64,000 nucleotides of DNA, from assembly GCA_009914755.4 (NCBI GenBank), contig CP086569.2:7136001-7200000 (forward strand), in the 5' to 3' direction. This DNA is from the human T2T-CHM13v2.0 reference genome, Homo sapiens. The notes below the pieces were generated by a model. The model was not told the origin of the DNA and made no database searches. It saw only the letters and a program-made list of their open reading frames with translations. Position 1 is the stretch's first letter, and each line of letters begins with the position of its first letter. The translations under genes and the position numbers were made by a program. Below are positions 30,962 through 48,921 of this stretch, in pieces.

Positions 30962-31894
30962 GAATCATTTTCTAGAAAAAATGCATTGCATATGCTAAAT
31001 CTTCTAGCATTGAAGAGAATACTTGCAAAGCCTGTACATTATTCCAGAGTTAACATCCATGACAGGGATTGAGTATCATGGTCCCTATCAAGTTAATTAC
31101 TAAAGGATGCTTAACAGCAGAGAGGGAGGGCCACAAATTACTCCTCATCTGCACCATCTGTCACAGGGAATCAATATTTTTATGATGATGACATATTCAC
31201 CATTAATGCATGGAATACTCTATACCAAAAACTTGTGCAATTATGTCTTTAATCACCATTCAAGATCATACTTATCCTAAATTGTGTTCCGTAGGCATTT
31301 CTCAGCCATCTCTCTCTTTTCTGTTGATCAAAGGCCAATGTGAGATAATTCCTAAAAGAACTCTAAAATCTCCAGGACATAACACCAGCATTGCTCAGAT
31401 CACATTGTCTTGTGATTTCCAGCTTAATTAGTTGTGTGTTCTCTACTCAATGAAGACTGAGAAGTGTTTGACCACAGGGATGTTGCATCACACATATTTG
31501 TGCTGATAATTACTTTATATAGAAATATATTCAGATATTTTTTCATACCCTGTGAATGCTCTTTCGCTCAGGGCTTAGAATGCATGAAGGCAAAGAATTC
31601 CACAGCTTCAAGAGATGGATGGACACTTACTTAGAAAAAAGCAACATTCTTCTGCTTTGACTCTTGAATTATTATCATGGTTTTTGGTTTGAACCCTTTT
31701 TAAGATGGTTGGCTTGAAAGCCAGCATTTGTAGAGGGAAAAAATGTAGAATATCTTTGTGTATATTGAGACAAATGTTCAGGGAACTGATCCATACATTT
31801 CTTTAATCTTTGAAACTTTTAAGAACTTTAGAGAAATTAACCATTTAAATTTGAGATAGTTTTAGATTCACACACAGTTGTAAGAAATAACACA

Positions 31895-32143
31895 GGGATT
31901 TGGGAGGCCACAGCTGGTGGATTATTTGAAGTCAAGAGTTTGAGACAAACCTGGCCAAGGTGGTGAAACCACATCTCTACTAAAAACACAAAAAAATTAC
32001 CTGATTGTGATGGCAGGTTCCTGCAATCCCAGCTACTTGGGAGGCTGAGGCAGGAGAATCACTTGAGCCTGGGAGATGGGGTTGTGGTGAGCTGAGATCA
32101 TACCACTGCACTCCAGTCTGGGCAACAGAGTGAAACCCTGTCT

Positions 32144-32188
<45 letters not shown>
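31895..32188 (+). mobile_element. Alu element (5' end slightly truncated) with an unusually long pure poly-A (~44 A)
   Basis: 'gggatttgggaggccacagctggtggattatttgaagtcaagagtttgagac...'; the A-run spans 32145-32188. Confidence 0.85.
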
Positions 32189-32191
<3 letters not shown>

Positions 32192-32269
32192 AAGAAAAAG
32201 AAAATGAAATAACACAGGGAGATCCCTTGTACTCTTTACTTTTCCCCCAGGGGTAATGTCTTGCAAAAC

Positions 32270-32880
32270 TGTTACCAAAAAGGAGTCTCAATCCAGACCC
32301 CCAAGAGAGGATTCTTGGATCTTGTGCAAGAAAGAATTCAAGACAAATCCATAAAATGACAGCAAGTTGATTAAGAAAGTGAAAGAATAAAAGAATGGGT
32401 ATTCCATAGGCGGAGCAGCCCCGAGGGCTGCTGGTTGGCTACTTTTATGGTTATTTCCTTATTATATGGTAAGCAAGGGGTGGATTATTCATGAGTTTTC
32501 TGGGAAAGGGGTGGGCAATTCCCAGAACTGAGGGTTTCTCCCCTTTTTAGACCATACAGGGTAACTTCCAGACGTTGCCATGGCATCTGTAAACTCTCGT
32601 GGTGCTAGTGGAAGTGGCTTTTAGCAGCTAATGCATTATAATTAGTGTATAATGAGCAGTGAGGACAATCAGAAGTCACTCTTGTCACCATCTTGGTTTT
32701 AGTGTGTTTTGGCTGGCTTCTTTACCACAAACTGTTTTATCAGCAAGGTCTTTATGACCTGTATCTTGTGCCGACCTCCTATCTCATCCTGTGATTAAGA
32801 AAGCCTAACCTGGGAATGCAGCCCAGCATGTCTCAGCATCGTGTTACCCAGCCCCTATTCAAGATAAAGTCACTCTGGTT
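32270..32880. mobile_element. LTR-like interspersed repeat (possibly ERV1-class LTR); family not determined
   Basis: Has an LTR-like composition, and segments such as '...gggtttctcccctttttagaccatacagggtaacttccagacgttgccatggcatctgtaaactc...' recall ERV LTR consensus sequences. Recognition is weak. Confidence 0.25.
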
Positions 32881-33196
32881 TGAAGGGCTCTGATAAAACT
32901 ACAGTACAATCTCACACCAGGATATTGACCTCGGTACAGTCAAGGGACAGAACATTTCCATCACCACAAGATCTACCATGTTGTCCTTCCAATATAACCA
33001 CATACACTGCCATGCTTGATGACAGGCTTTAGGACCCAATGAATGAGGCAAAAAATCCCACTTCTCAGAGCCAGCTGAGCTCAGATAAATGTTTGCAAGA
33101 GATTGCTCCAACACTTGTGCTTATAGGGGATGGCATTGACTTTGGGTTTGATATCTGTCTTAGTTTGGGCTGCTACAACAAAAGGCCTTAGCCTAT

Positions 33197-33557
33197 AATA
33201 TGGTTTGGCTGTGTCCCCACCCAACTCTCATCTTGAATTGGAGCTCCCACAATTCCCAGGTGTCATGGGAAGGAGTCGGTGGGGCAGGAGGTAATTGAAT
33301 CATGTGGCTGGTTCTTTCCTGTGCTGTTCTCATGGTAGTGAATAAGTCTCACAACTTCTGATAGTTTTCTAAGGAGGAGTTTCCCTGTTCAATCTTACTT
33401 CTTGTCTGTGGCCAAGTAAGATATCCCTTGATCTTTCATCATGATTGTGAGGCCTCCTCAGCCATGTGGAGCTTTGAGTCAATTAAACCTCTTTCCTTCA
33501 TAAATTACCTAGTTTTGGGTATGCCTTTATTAGCAGCATGAGAGCAGACTAATACAG
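33197..33557 (+). mobile_element. MaLR LTR (THE1/MST-type)
   Basis: 'tataatatggtttggctgtgtccccacccaactctcatcttgaattggagctcccacaattcccaggtg...gtgaataagtctcacaa...ttgtgaggcctcctcagccatgtggagctttgagtcaattaaacctctttcc...ctaatacag'. Confidence 0.65.
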
Positions 33558-33564
33558 CCTGAGT

Positions 33565-34350
33565 GGCTTACAAACAACAGGCATTTATTGCTCACAGCTC
33601 TGGAGGCTGGAAGTCCAAGGTCAAGGCATGGCAAATTTAGTGTCTGGTGAGGACTCACTCTCTGCTTCCAAGATTGTGCTTTCTTGCTGCATCTTTACAC
33701 TGTGGAAGGGAGTCTCTTTTATAAGGGCACTAATCCCATTCATAAGGCTGGAGTCCTCATGATTTAACCCTTTCTCGTAGGCTTCACCTTTCTGTACTAT
33801 CATATTGCAGATTTGTATTAGTCAGGATTCTCTAGAGGGACAGATAGATGTGGTTATGAAAGGAGTTTATTAAAAAGTGTTGACTTACATGATCACAAGG
33901 TGAAGTCCCACAAAAGGCCATCTGCAAGCGGAGGAGCAAAAGAGCCAGTTCGAGTCCCAAAACCCCCAAAAGTAGGTAGCCAATGGTGCAGCCTTGAGTC
34001 TGTTCCCAAAGGCCTGAAAGTGCCTGGCAAACCACTCGTGTAAGTCCAGGAGTCCAAAAGCTGAAGAACTTGGAGTCTGATGTTTGAGGGCAGGTAGCAT
34101 CCAGTACCATAGAAAGATGGAGGCTGGAAGACTCAGCCAGTCTAGTCTTTCCTTGTTCCTCTGCCTGCTTTTATTCCGGCTGTGCTGGCAGCTGATTAAA
34201 TTGTGCCCACCCAGATTGAGGGTGAGTCTGCTCTCCCAGTCCACTGACTCAAATATTAATCTCTTTTGGCGATGCCCTCACAGTCACACCCAGAACAATG
34301 GTTTGCATCCTTCAATCCAATCAAGTTGACACTCACTATTAACCATCACA
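33565..34350 (+). mobile_element. MaLR/ERVL-type LTR-derived sequence (MLT1-like motifs)
   Basis: 'ggcttacaaacaacaggcatttattgctcacagctctggaggctggaagtccaaggtcaaggc...gtattagtcaggattctctagagggacagat...' are motifs typical of MLT1-family LTRs. Confidence 0.35.
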
Positions 34351-35710
34351 GGATTCAATTGCAACATGTGCATTTGGAAGAGGACACAGACATTCAGACT
34401 GTAGCAATATCACTGCAGGAATGTTCAATCGCTTCCTTTTCCCTTTATCAGTCAGAGAACAAGGGGATCTGGAAGGCTACAGAGCTTGACATGCAAGGCA
34501 GCAAAACACCCCCAAGGTACAACACACTCATGAGCTCCATTACCTTATGGGCCACAAGCCCTGTGGACCTAGAGCTGGTGGTGGTAGGCAGGTTATCATG
34601 AAGAGCTTGTCTTCCCTCTTAGATTCCATAATCAAGGCTTGGCTTACACCTCTTGGGTTGTGCAAGATGCAGCAGTGGAAATTAGCTGGGACCAGGGGTG
34701 TTCAATGTCTTTGGAGTAAGAGCTCCAGTCTTGAAGGGGTGGAGGGTGTGGGGGCCTCATATGTTCACTTGAATGTGGATCTGTTTGGTGAGTGGGATCT
34801 GCAGCAGCAGCAAACACAGAATGTGCAGGAGAAGCATGGATATGATGTCACCAAAGGGGCTGGCACCAACCATGTGCTTACGGATTCATTCTAAAGCCAC
34901 CTGCATGCTGGAGCCCTTTCTTTGGTGTGAATTGCTCATGTCTGGGGTATGTGCCTTAGGGCTGGCTCTGTCTTCAGGAATATCCCCACTCCACATTTAG
35001 CTTCTCTATGTATCCCTCAGGCTGCCACCATTCTCCATGTGACAGTTGTCACAGCCTGGGCCATGCCATTGCTTAGCTCATTTCTGGAGAAGTCAAATGA
35101 AAGCATTGGCCCTTCACTTTCATTCCTGAGGAGGACAGATGAATTTTAGTGCAGATTTTCTGATGCTCTAATAACTCAGAGATGTTCATGAATCAGCACA
35201 ACATTCCTACTGGAGAGGTTGCTTTGTATTTGAAGGATCACTTCTCAATTCAGTGACATTTTTCTTCGGGTCCATCCTGCATATTTGCAACAGGTCCGGC
35301 CCAGAGGGGAAATGGAAAGAAGTCAGGATCCAGAACAGTAAGGTCTGCAGATGTCTGGGCAGTTTGCTGGAACACAACTGGGGTTATATCTGCAAATGCT
35401 AGGTAAGAGCTATCCCTCTGGCCAAGCTCAACCAAAGTGCCTGAGCTTGGTCTCTCATGGTTCAGCACAGGTGCACATCCAAGCACTGGTAGAATGGTGA
35501 CGTTTTACCCCTTTTCCACCAATTCCTGGAATTGGGATAATTCTAAGAATTTTTTATTCAAACATTGGGGCTTATACTCACCAATCTTTGTTTATCCTTC
35601 CTCCTACCCACATGCCCTTTCTAGCCTCTGACATCTGTCATATTGCTCTCTATCTCCATGGGGTCATTTTTTTTCTTTTCTTTCTTTCTCTTTTTCTTTC
35701 TTTCTTCTAT

Positions 35711-35830
35711 TTTTTTTTTTTTTTTTTTTTTTGAGACAGGATCTTGCTCTGTCACCCAGGCTGGAGGGCAGTGGGATGATCACTGCTCACTGCAACCCTT
35801 CACTTCTCCAAGGCTTAGGTGATCCTCCCA
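35711..35830 (-). mobile_element. Truncated Alu (right-arm fragment) after T-rich low-complexity sequence
   Basis: 'ttttgagacaggatcttgctctgtcacccaggctggagggcagtgggatgatcactgctcactgcaaccc...'. Confidence 0.7.
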
Positions 35831-35911
35831 TGATGAGGTCAATTTTTAAAGCTACTACATAAGAGTAAAAACAAGAACCACCTGTCTTGCAGAGTGGGGT
35901 GACTATAGTTA

Positions 35912-36275
<364 letters not shown>

Positions 36276-36559
36276 AAATTAAAAATACTACACATGATGG
36301 ATACCCCAAATAATCCAATTTAATCATTATACATCAATTAAAAAAATCAAAAAAATTTGAACTTGGCTTTTCAAACATGAAAAACATGTGAGCCTTGAAC
36401 CCTTTTATTGACTTTGTTTCTTGTAACCTTGCAGAGCCCATCTACACACAGCAAAATATCTCACAATGAATTCCCATCCACAGCCTCAGCAATGGGCTGG
36501 TGTGTCCCCAGAGAATGTCAGCTGATTGGACAGCAGTCTGCAGGAGAAGGTGAATCCCC

Positions 36560-36925
36560 TAATTTGGAAGGAACTGAAGCATGAAAAGATGCTGAGATCA
36601 CAATGAAAACAGACAAAGTCTTCTGGGGATGAAATGTTAAAAAGGGGAGATGTGCAAGGAACACAGTTAGGAAGAATAAGTTCAGGAGATCTGTTATACA
36701 ACATGGGGATGATAGTTAATAACAATGCATGGTACATTTGGGGATTGCTAAAGGAACACCTTGTAAAGATTTCCACCCTTCCTCTTGAATGATAAGTATG
36801 AAATGTGACGGATATATTTCTTAGCTTGATGTAGCTGTTCCACCGTGTGTGCATATATCAAAACATCACGTTGTATCCCATAAATGTATATCGTTTAAAT
36901 TTGTTAATTAAAATAATAAATAATA
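36560..36925 (+). mobile_element. LINE-1 3'-UTR fragment (older L1 family)
   Basis: 'gttcaggagatctgttatacaacatggggatgatagttaataacaatgcatggtacatttgg...catatatcaaaacatcacgttgtatcccataaatgtatatcg...'. Confidence 0.5.
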
Positions 36926-36959
36926 AAGAACAATGGGATTTTTGAAATAATCAAGTGTA

Positions 36960-37545
36960 TTTGTAAATATATGGGTATATATGTATATGTACTTATGTAT
37001 TTGTAAATTACATGTATGTATACTTACATGAATATATCAGTATAAACACACATGTACATACATATGGACAAATACATATATGTGTATAATGTGTGTACAT
37101 ACATATTTATAAATATGCATGCAAATATATTTATATAAGTATATAAACATGTAAGTATTAACATATGTACATGTTTATGTGCAAATATACATGTGTAAAT
37201 ATGTATCTATGTAAACATATGTATTTCAGAATATATTGATACATTATCTTAAGTATATATACACATATACTTACAAATACTCATGTCTAAATGTGCAAAT
37301 ATATATGTATTTGTAAATATATGTATATACACTTATATAGCATATAAACATACAAGTATATATACCTATATACTTAGAAATACACATGTGTAGATACGTA
37401 CACATACCTATATACTTGTAAACATATGTATATATACTTAAATGATCATATAAACATATGACTATATATACACTTATGCACATATATATTTACAAATACA
37501 TGCGTGTGTCTGTGTATACATATTTGTGTGTACACACACCCATAT
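36960..37545. repeat. Degenerate TA/TG-rich tandem repeat (atgtatat / tgtaaatatat motifs), ~580 bp
   Basis: Direct reading. The 70-aa minus ORF here is an artifact. Confidence 0.75.
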
Positions 37546-38204
37546 TTGTTGAAATAACCAAATAACCCAAAGGATTACTTGAATCAAAAAAGCAATTCAG
37601 AGTCCAGGAGATAATTCCAAGCTCCAAGAAGTTCTGACATGGCAAATATGAAAATGAGTTTCAAAGCCACAGAACAAAGGAGGTGGTGTCGCCAAAACTT
37701 TTACTCAATGCCCCTAAGGGCTGTTTGGAGAGGGCAGGGCTTAGCCATATTTAAACAAACAATGGTTGATTATTTTCTCAGATCCTTCACAGAATTTCTT
37801 TCTTCAAGTCAAAGAGTACAAGTAAAAGCCAATACACAACACTCGGGAAAAATATGGGAGCCCCCAAAACAAAGAAAAATCCTTTAAATAGCCAGACAAG
37901 TGGCCCCCAGACATCCTTCATGACCTGAACAAGACAAACCAGCAGGGTTGGGAGGGCCCTGGGAACAATGGGAAAAGGTCTTCAGAGCCCTCAGGGGGAA
38001 TTCCTAACTGTGGACAGCTCTACACTGAGCTCAGCAATTCCGGAGTAAGCAGGCAATAAATGCACCGTTTTTGAGCCAGAACGTTTTCCACTTACTTCGA
38101 CTCACTATTGGAACTACTCAAAGATGCTCTATAGGGAGAGAGGTACCAAAGCTGGAGGAAGGCAGAAGATGCAGGAAATACGGGGCATCCATGGAATCAA
38201 CCTG

Positions 38205-38884
<680 letters not shown>

Positions 38885-38885
<1 letters not shown>

Positions 38886-39245
38886 AACCTAAACGCCCAT
38901 CAATGATAGACTGAATTCAGAACGAGATCATGTCCTTTGTGGGATCATGGAGGCCATTATCCTTAGCAAACTAACGCAGAAACAGAAAACAAAATACTGC
39001 ATGCTCTTACTTACAAGTGGAGCTAAGTGATGAGAACTCCTGGACACATAGAGGGGAACAACGGACACTAGGTCCTTTTGGTGGGTGAAGAGTGGGAGGA
39101 GGGAGAGGATCAGGAAAAACAACTAATGGCTACCAGGCTTAGTACCTGGGTGACAACAAATCCCTATGACACAAGTTTGCCTATATAGCAAACCTGCACT
39201 TGTACACCTGTACTTAAAATACAAGTTAAGTAATAAAAAAAATTA
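38885..39245 (+). mobile_element. LINE-1 3'-end fragment (L1PA/L1PB-like)
   Basis: 'aacgcccatcaatgatagactgaattcagaacgagatcatgtcctttgtgggatcatggaggccattatccttagcaaactaacgcagaaacagaaaac...acctgcacttgtacacctgtacttaaaatacaagttaagtaataaaaaaaa'. Confidence 0.65.
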
Positions 39246-39289
39246 CTGGTCATCGAAAAATAGAGGAACCAGAGTTAAATCAAAACTAG

Positions 39290-39487
<198 letters not shown>

Positions 39488-40027
39488 TAAAAGGAAAGTG
39501 GACCTAAAATTAAAGGTCACAATAGCTTGTAGGAGAGAAATGCAATGGTCAGAGCTAAAACAAGTTATTTCTTTTTTTGGGAGGAGAGTATAAATATTTG
39601 CTTTATTTTATTTCCTGTGAATGTTGCTATGCATGTGAAATTTATTGCCAGTAAGTAAAATAATAAAAACTGAAAACAGCTTTCTCAAAAAGGAAAAAAA
39701 CTTAAAAAAACCCTCAGGTATCAGAAAATAGAAATTATCAAAACAAAGAAAGTGAAAGGTTAATAGAATGTACAAAATTGAACACAAGAAATACATTGTA
39801 AAACTGTTATCAACTGTAATAAATAGAAATCATATGAAAATCTATCTTAGAAGACAAGAACTCTCAGATGAGATTGAAAAAAATCTAGGTCTTTGCTGTT
39901 TGCAAAAGTCTGAAATGCAGAACACAAAAAGGCCAAGATCAAAGGTATGGAGAAAAAATAACATAGATAAGTAAATTTAACATTTCTGTAGTTTGGTTAA
40001 CAAGAAGCAGAAAAGAAAGGAAAAAGT

Positions 40028-40270
<243 letters not shown>

Positions 40271-40504
40271 TTGTGGTTACGTTATAAAAAATTTTGTCAA
40301 AAATAATTATAAAATCCTGAACTTTATAAAATTATAAAATAAGATTATAAAAAATGCTGAAATTTTTTTCAGCTAGTACCATAGTATCCAAGTTCATAAA
40401 ACAACATTTGGGAGAATTAGAACACATTATCAAGTCCAGAGCCTCATCTTCTGCAGATCTCTGCCTATGGGGAGCTAGCTTTCAAAAAAATGAGAAAACT
40501 TGTA

Positions 40505-40506
<2 letters not shown>

Positions 40507-40552
<46 letters not shown>
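40507..40552. repeat. (GT)n microsatellite, ~23 units
   Basis: Direct reading. Confidence 0.95.
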
Positions 40553-40556
<4 letters not shown>

Positions 40557-40664
40557 CACATGCATTTGCAGCTAAACTTAAATTCCTTCCTGTATTTATC
40601 TTCCTAAATTAATGTAATATTCTTGAATACCTGCAGCTTGTCCATATCTCCTCAAATTCCTATT

Positions 40665-40975
40665 TTGAAACATTAACTCCAAAGGTACTAGGAGGTGAGG
40701 CATGGGGAAGTGATGAGGTCATGAGCATGGAGCCTCATGAGTGGGATCAGTGCCCTCATAAAATGCACCCCAGAGAGCTCCCTCACTCCTTCTACCATTT
40801 GAAGACACAGTGAGAAGGTGCCATCTATGAACCAGGAAGCCCTCACCAGACACTGAAACTGCCACACCTTGGTCTTGGACTTCCAGCCTCCAGAACTGTG
40901 AGCGATAAAAGTCTGTTGTTTATAAGCCCTGACTGTGGTATTCTCTTACAGCAGCCTGAAATGGACTAAGACAGC
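40665..40975 (+). mobile_element. MaLR-type LTR fragment (MLT1/MST-like)
   Basis: 'ggtgaggcatggggaagtgatgaggtcatgagcatggagcctcatgagtgggatcagtgccctcataaaatgcacccc...cagcctccagaactgtgagcgataaaagtctgttgtttataagcc...gactaagacag' is a classic MaLR LTR body. Confidence 0.5.
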
Positions 40976-41126
40976 CTTCCTCTGTGCTTCAGAAGAGGAA
41001 AAAGTTAAGTCTAATTATTGTAAAGATTAATATTTCAGATGCAGTATAAACTGAATAAAGCTTGTGTTTATTTTTCTGATTGACTTTTTGGATAATCCTT
41101 GAAAATCTAAAGGACTTGCTATGCTA

Positions 41127-43729
<2,603 letters not shown>

Positions 43730-46700
43730 AAAAGGACTTGCTATGCTAAGTAAAGCCTGTGGTTGGGGTAATGGGAAACTGATACTACTCCAAGTTTCAT
43801 CTTAGTGCTATGAAATATTGATACCGTAGGCACTCTACAAAACGTGGGCTCAATTAAGAAAGATTTTTGCAAGTGTCTAAACAAAGTAGGAGACAGAGGA
43901 TTTCTATCATCAATGCATTTTTAGAGAACTGTGTGACATAGTTTCAGGGATGACCACCAGGACATTGGAAAAAGGGTTGCGTCAATTAAAATGTTTCACC
44001 CACTGGCCGCTTTGAAAATGAAAGCTACCAGAGGAAAAGAAAAATACAGACCCAAATCAAAACCAGATGTATGCAGCTTTGAGGATTTCTCAGCCCTTCG
44101 TTTTCTCTCCATTTTATTTCACATGTCTTGTAAAATGGATGTGACTTCTGGAAAGGACTTTGCGTAGCAAGGTCCCTCCTTCTTTTGGGAAAACCCAGTT
44201 AAATAGGCAAATAAACAAACTGCCTAATGATGACTCAGTAGGGGCAGATTGAACTATACTGTTTGTTCAAGGAAATGTCTGGAAGAAATTAGACAAATTG
44301 ATTTGTTTCTAAGTAATACCCATTCAGGCAGTAGCTTAAGAGAAATTTATGCATCCCCCCTAACCCCTGCACAAATTCTTCTCTGTCTTAGACAGTCCCA
44401 CCCAGTGTAAATCTTTAACCCAGTCAGCAAGCCCTAGAATTTTATACATTTGACACTTTTGTGAGCTATTTAGCTCACCCTGTCTTTCCATTGTTCTAGA
44501 AGATGGCTTGCTGGATATATAGCAATATATCCACTCTATAAAAATCATTAATCGAATTAGACATCAGCAGGGGACATCTTATGCTCGTTTGATTTCTTTT
44601 TATGCTTCTGGGCATACATACTTATGTAACATTTGTTTTGAAAATCAAATTAAATGAAAGGATACTGTAGTTTCTACAGGCAAGAAAGTACTTTAGACAA
44701 ACCCTGAGCAGCACACATTCAGATTCAACTCTGGGGTTTGACACTTACCTTTGTAATTTCAGCTTTCTCACCTGTAAAACCAACAACAAGAAAGAGAATG
44801 CATTGGCTTGCTATGAGGATTCCATGAAAAAAATATAAAGAAATAAAGCACCCAGCCCTCTGAAGAAATGTTTGCTCTTTCAGTTTGTGCAAAAACAAAC
44901 AAACAAACAAACAATCATGCAAAAGAAGCTTCCTTTTAAAATAGTCCTCATATTATGATCTACCTGATATGCTCCAATTTTCTTAGCTCTGAGGAAAGGT
45001 GACATAATTTATAAGATGCTTTCTTTAAAAGCAAAGTAATCCAATGATACACTCATACAGTGTCATCATTTTAGCTTTGCTTTTAATAAAAGGCAAACAG
45101 AATTTTGCCTTGTTTTAATGACATTGCTTTGATGTTATTATCTTTGTTAGTCAAAGTCCATTGCCCAGGGTGACCCCATTTTCATAACAATAAAAACATT
45201 TTAATGGTACTATAAAGCCAGAAACCAAAGTGAATACATTATAGAGTTGATGTTACCTAGTCTCTTGAGGGAAATCCAGTTTAGCCACAACCCTTGTAAA
45301 TAAGAAACATATCTTGTTTGGGGATGCTAGAAAATTATGACCACCATATTTATTTTACCTCATGTGAACTTCCAACATGTCCTTCAGTTTAGAAAGAACT
45401 TAAAAAAATACACACATTGAAAGAAAACAATGATGAAATACAAACATAGTAAACTTGTGGTCAGAAGTTTTTCTCAGAATCTTCATTAGAATTCACCAAA
45501 AGAAATTCTGTTCACCTAATTTAGAAAGGGATTGGTTAATATTCCCAAATTATAGATTAGTTGGTGGTTTGTAAGAATGCTTCAGATATTAGATGATTTA
45601 CTGTTATATTCATGAATCTGTTGATGAAATAGTGACACTCCATTTGCAGAAATTGAGTTTAATTTTACAGGGTGCCATAACAAAATCTGAAAAACCTTGG
45701 CATTTCTCAAAGCAAAGCATAAAAAGGAATAACTGTCTGATTGATTCCATTGCATCTTTCCTGAGGAGTAAAACTGTTTTGCAAGAAATTCTTCTTTAAA
45801 CGTATCTAAGATGATTTTGTTTTCCCCTTTTTTCTATCATATTTTAGAAATTGTGCTGCATAATTTCACTATTTCAGTTACAGGAACTTAGCTTGATCTG
45901 TGTGTTGCTGTTGCTGAGAAGCTACAGAGATGCTGAACTTCCCCATACCCTGCAGCCAAGGTGTTGCAACAGCCCAGAGGAATTTGTTCTAATCCTACTT
46001 GCTGTTGGAGTCACTGAACTTTTCTTTCCCTGGCACCTAGCAATTGCTCTATAGAGGCAATTTCCATTACCACACCGTCAAATGCACCAACATCCACTGA
46101 AACATAAAGTACATTCCATGGTGGCATATTAATACATATTGACCTTGGCAGTCCATCTGATTCCATCATCAAATCCAACACGGAGGAAAAGGAAGAACCA
46201 GTTTTCTGACTGCAAACCCCAGCAACAAAGTAGCAGGAAGTTAGAGAAAAAGGAACTATTCCTTTGCTAAGTTCCCATTTTAATTTGGTGTTCCAGGAAC
46301 TCTGAGCTTTCTATTTATTGCCTGCATATCCATGAAATAAGGCACATGTTGAGTAGAAGATGAAATGTGTGATAGCCTTGAGCCATTTATGCTTAGCGTT
46401 CCAATAATGGAACATGTGGGATTATTTACATCCTACTGCTCATGTCGTCGCCAAGGTCTGATTGCAAAAATTCAAAATATTTCAACCTCAAGCTTAAAGG
46501 GGTTAAGGTTTGGGGTTTTTCTTTGGAAGTGGCCAGCTCATCTCTGCTGTTACATGTTTTATTGAGTTTATTTGCATGTGTGAGAACCTACCAAGGCTCT
46601 AAATGCAAACACGATCTCCCATCACACTAGAGGAACAAGATGGATATTTGCAAATGGTAAATAATTATTTCTTGATTATTATTGTGTGGTGAGCAGAGAA

Positions 46701-48881
46701 CACAGTTAAGTCTTGATTTTCACCAGAGCTTTGCCCTGATATATTCTTTCTCCCTCAGCACAAAACCCTGACTTTGCAACCCTAGGACTCTTCAGAGTCT
46801 TTTCTTTCAGGTTTTAAATTTATTTTCTAAATTAATTCTTTAAAATTGATATATCATAGTTGTACATATTTCACAGGTAAATGGGATATTTTGATACAGG
46901 AATATGATGTGTAATGATCAAATCAGAATGATTGGGATGCCAAGAACCTCACACAACTATCTTTTCTTTCTGTTGGGAGTATTTGAATTCTTCTTTTCCA
47001 GCTATTTTGAAATATTCAATAAATTATTGTTAACTCTACTTTCTCCAGTGTACTGTTGGACACTAGAACTTATTCCTTCTATCTAGCAGAATTTTCTTAT
47101 GTTACTATGCCTGCATCCCACCTACATTATGAGATACGTAAAATATTCTTTTCGAGGGACTGGATTGGTCTTGGGTGAGTTTACAAAGCCTGTTCTAAAA
47201 TCCAGTCATCCAAGTTACTGGTCAACATATTTAATGATCCAGGAGTGAGGTCGTTTAAGTTATCCTGAGGTGTTTATACAGACAGAACCCACAAACAGGG
47301 CTTCATTACAAACTCAATAAGGGATCTAAACTGTCTAGATAGAACCAGGCATTCATTTGCTCATACGTTTGCCTATAACATACTTAGAAATACCCTGCTT
47401 TAATGTACATTTAAACATAGAGACAAGAAATAGATTAGTGCTTTGCAGGTGTTGCAGAGAGAGGAGGATGGGGAGTGACTGTTTAACAGGTACAGCATTG
47501 GGGTGATCAAAATGTTCTGAAACCAGATAATGGTGATGGGTGCATCATGTTGTACAGGCATCAAGTGCTGGTGAATTGTACAATTTAAAATGGCTATGAT
47601 AGTATTATGGGTTGAATTGGAACTCCCACCAAATTTATATAGTAAACTCTCAATCTCCTGTGCCTAAGGATATGACCTTATTTGGAAATACAGCTATTAT
47701 AGATATAACTAAGTTATACTGGAGCATGGTGAGCACCTAATTTAATCTGACTGATGTCCTTAGAAAAGAGGGAAACTTGGACACAGAGAAACATGTACCC
47801 AGGGAGAACACCATGTGAAGGTGAAGGCAGACACTAGGGTGGGTGATGATCTATAAACCAACAGATAGATACCAAGGATTTCCAGCAGGCTCTGGAAGCT
47901 GAGAGAGAGGCATGGAACAGATTCCCCTTTACAGCCTCCAGAAGGATTCTCCCCCAGAGCCTCTGAAGTGAGCATAATCCTGCTACAACCTTGATTTCAG
48001 ACATCTGGCCTCTAGAACTGCAAGATAATCGATTTGTATTGTTTAAAGCCACTCAATTCGTGGCTCTGTGTTATGACATCCTTAGGAAACTAATACAGCC
48101 AGTAAAACTAATAACATTTCTTCACTGATGGATGTGAAAGGGAAGAGTGAATATTGATTCCATGTATTTGCCCAGAGAATGGGGAAGGGTAGAAGGGAGA
48201 CATTTTCAAAAGTAGGCCAGGGGTTTAGTTCTTGACATGCTGAATTGGAGATGTCCATGCACAAGGATGTAAATGATGTGTCCACTAAGCCCCCAAGTGG
48301 AGGTGTTGAAGTGGGTGGTTGAATATAGGCAAATCTGGAGATTGGCAGAGGAATCAAAGTTAATGATATGAATTTGTGGGTTGTTGGCCGATGAAGATAT
48401 TTAAAGACATGAGATTACATAGTTCCCCTAAGGAGTAGCAAAGATATAAAAGAACAGGCTGAGCCTAGGACTCCTCAAGAGTAGGATGACATTGAGGAGA
48501 TTTGGGAGAGGAGACTGAAGGTGTGTAAATTGTATTAGTAGAAAAGCAAGAAGAGTCAGTGTCCTGAAATGAAATGAACACAAAACCAAAAAAGAGAGAG
48601 GGACCCATTGTGTGGGGTAACGTATTATCTCCATTTGCCTGGGACTAATGGGGTTCCCAAAACACAAGACTAAAGCCGGGACAGTTACGGGTATACCAGG
48701 ATGGGTGGTCCTCCAACCAGTGTGTCCACGGTCACTTAGAGGTTGCTCAAGTAAGATGCAGTATAAGAACAGATCACTGACTTTCTCCAAAATAGAGTTA
48801 CTGGGTGTACTTGACTTCAGTAATTGATCTCATGCAACAGAGATATCACACAGACAGGACTTCAATCTCCCCAGTTTCTAG

Positions 48882-48921
48882 GAGAGAGAGAGAGAGTGAG
48901 AGAGAGAGAGAGAGAGAGAGA
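48882..48921. repeat. (GA)n microsatellite
   Basis: Direct reading. Confidence 0.9.

Noticed and set aside
33885-34894. Several 80-120-aa ORFs (119 aa on the minus strand; 81, 111 and 115 aa on the plus strand)
   Set aside because: They lie within MaLR/LTR-derived sequence. There is no conservation-like signature (CpG-depleted, stop-rich in other frames at similar density) and no recognisable domain. They are probably chance ORFs.
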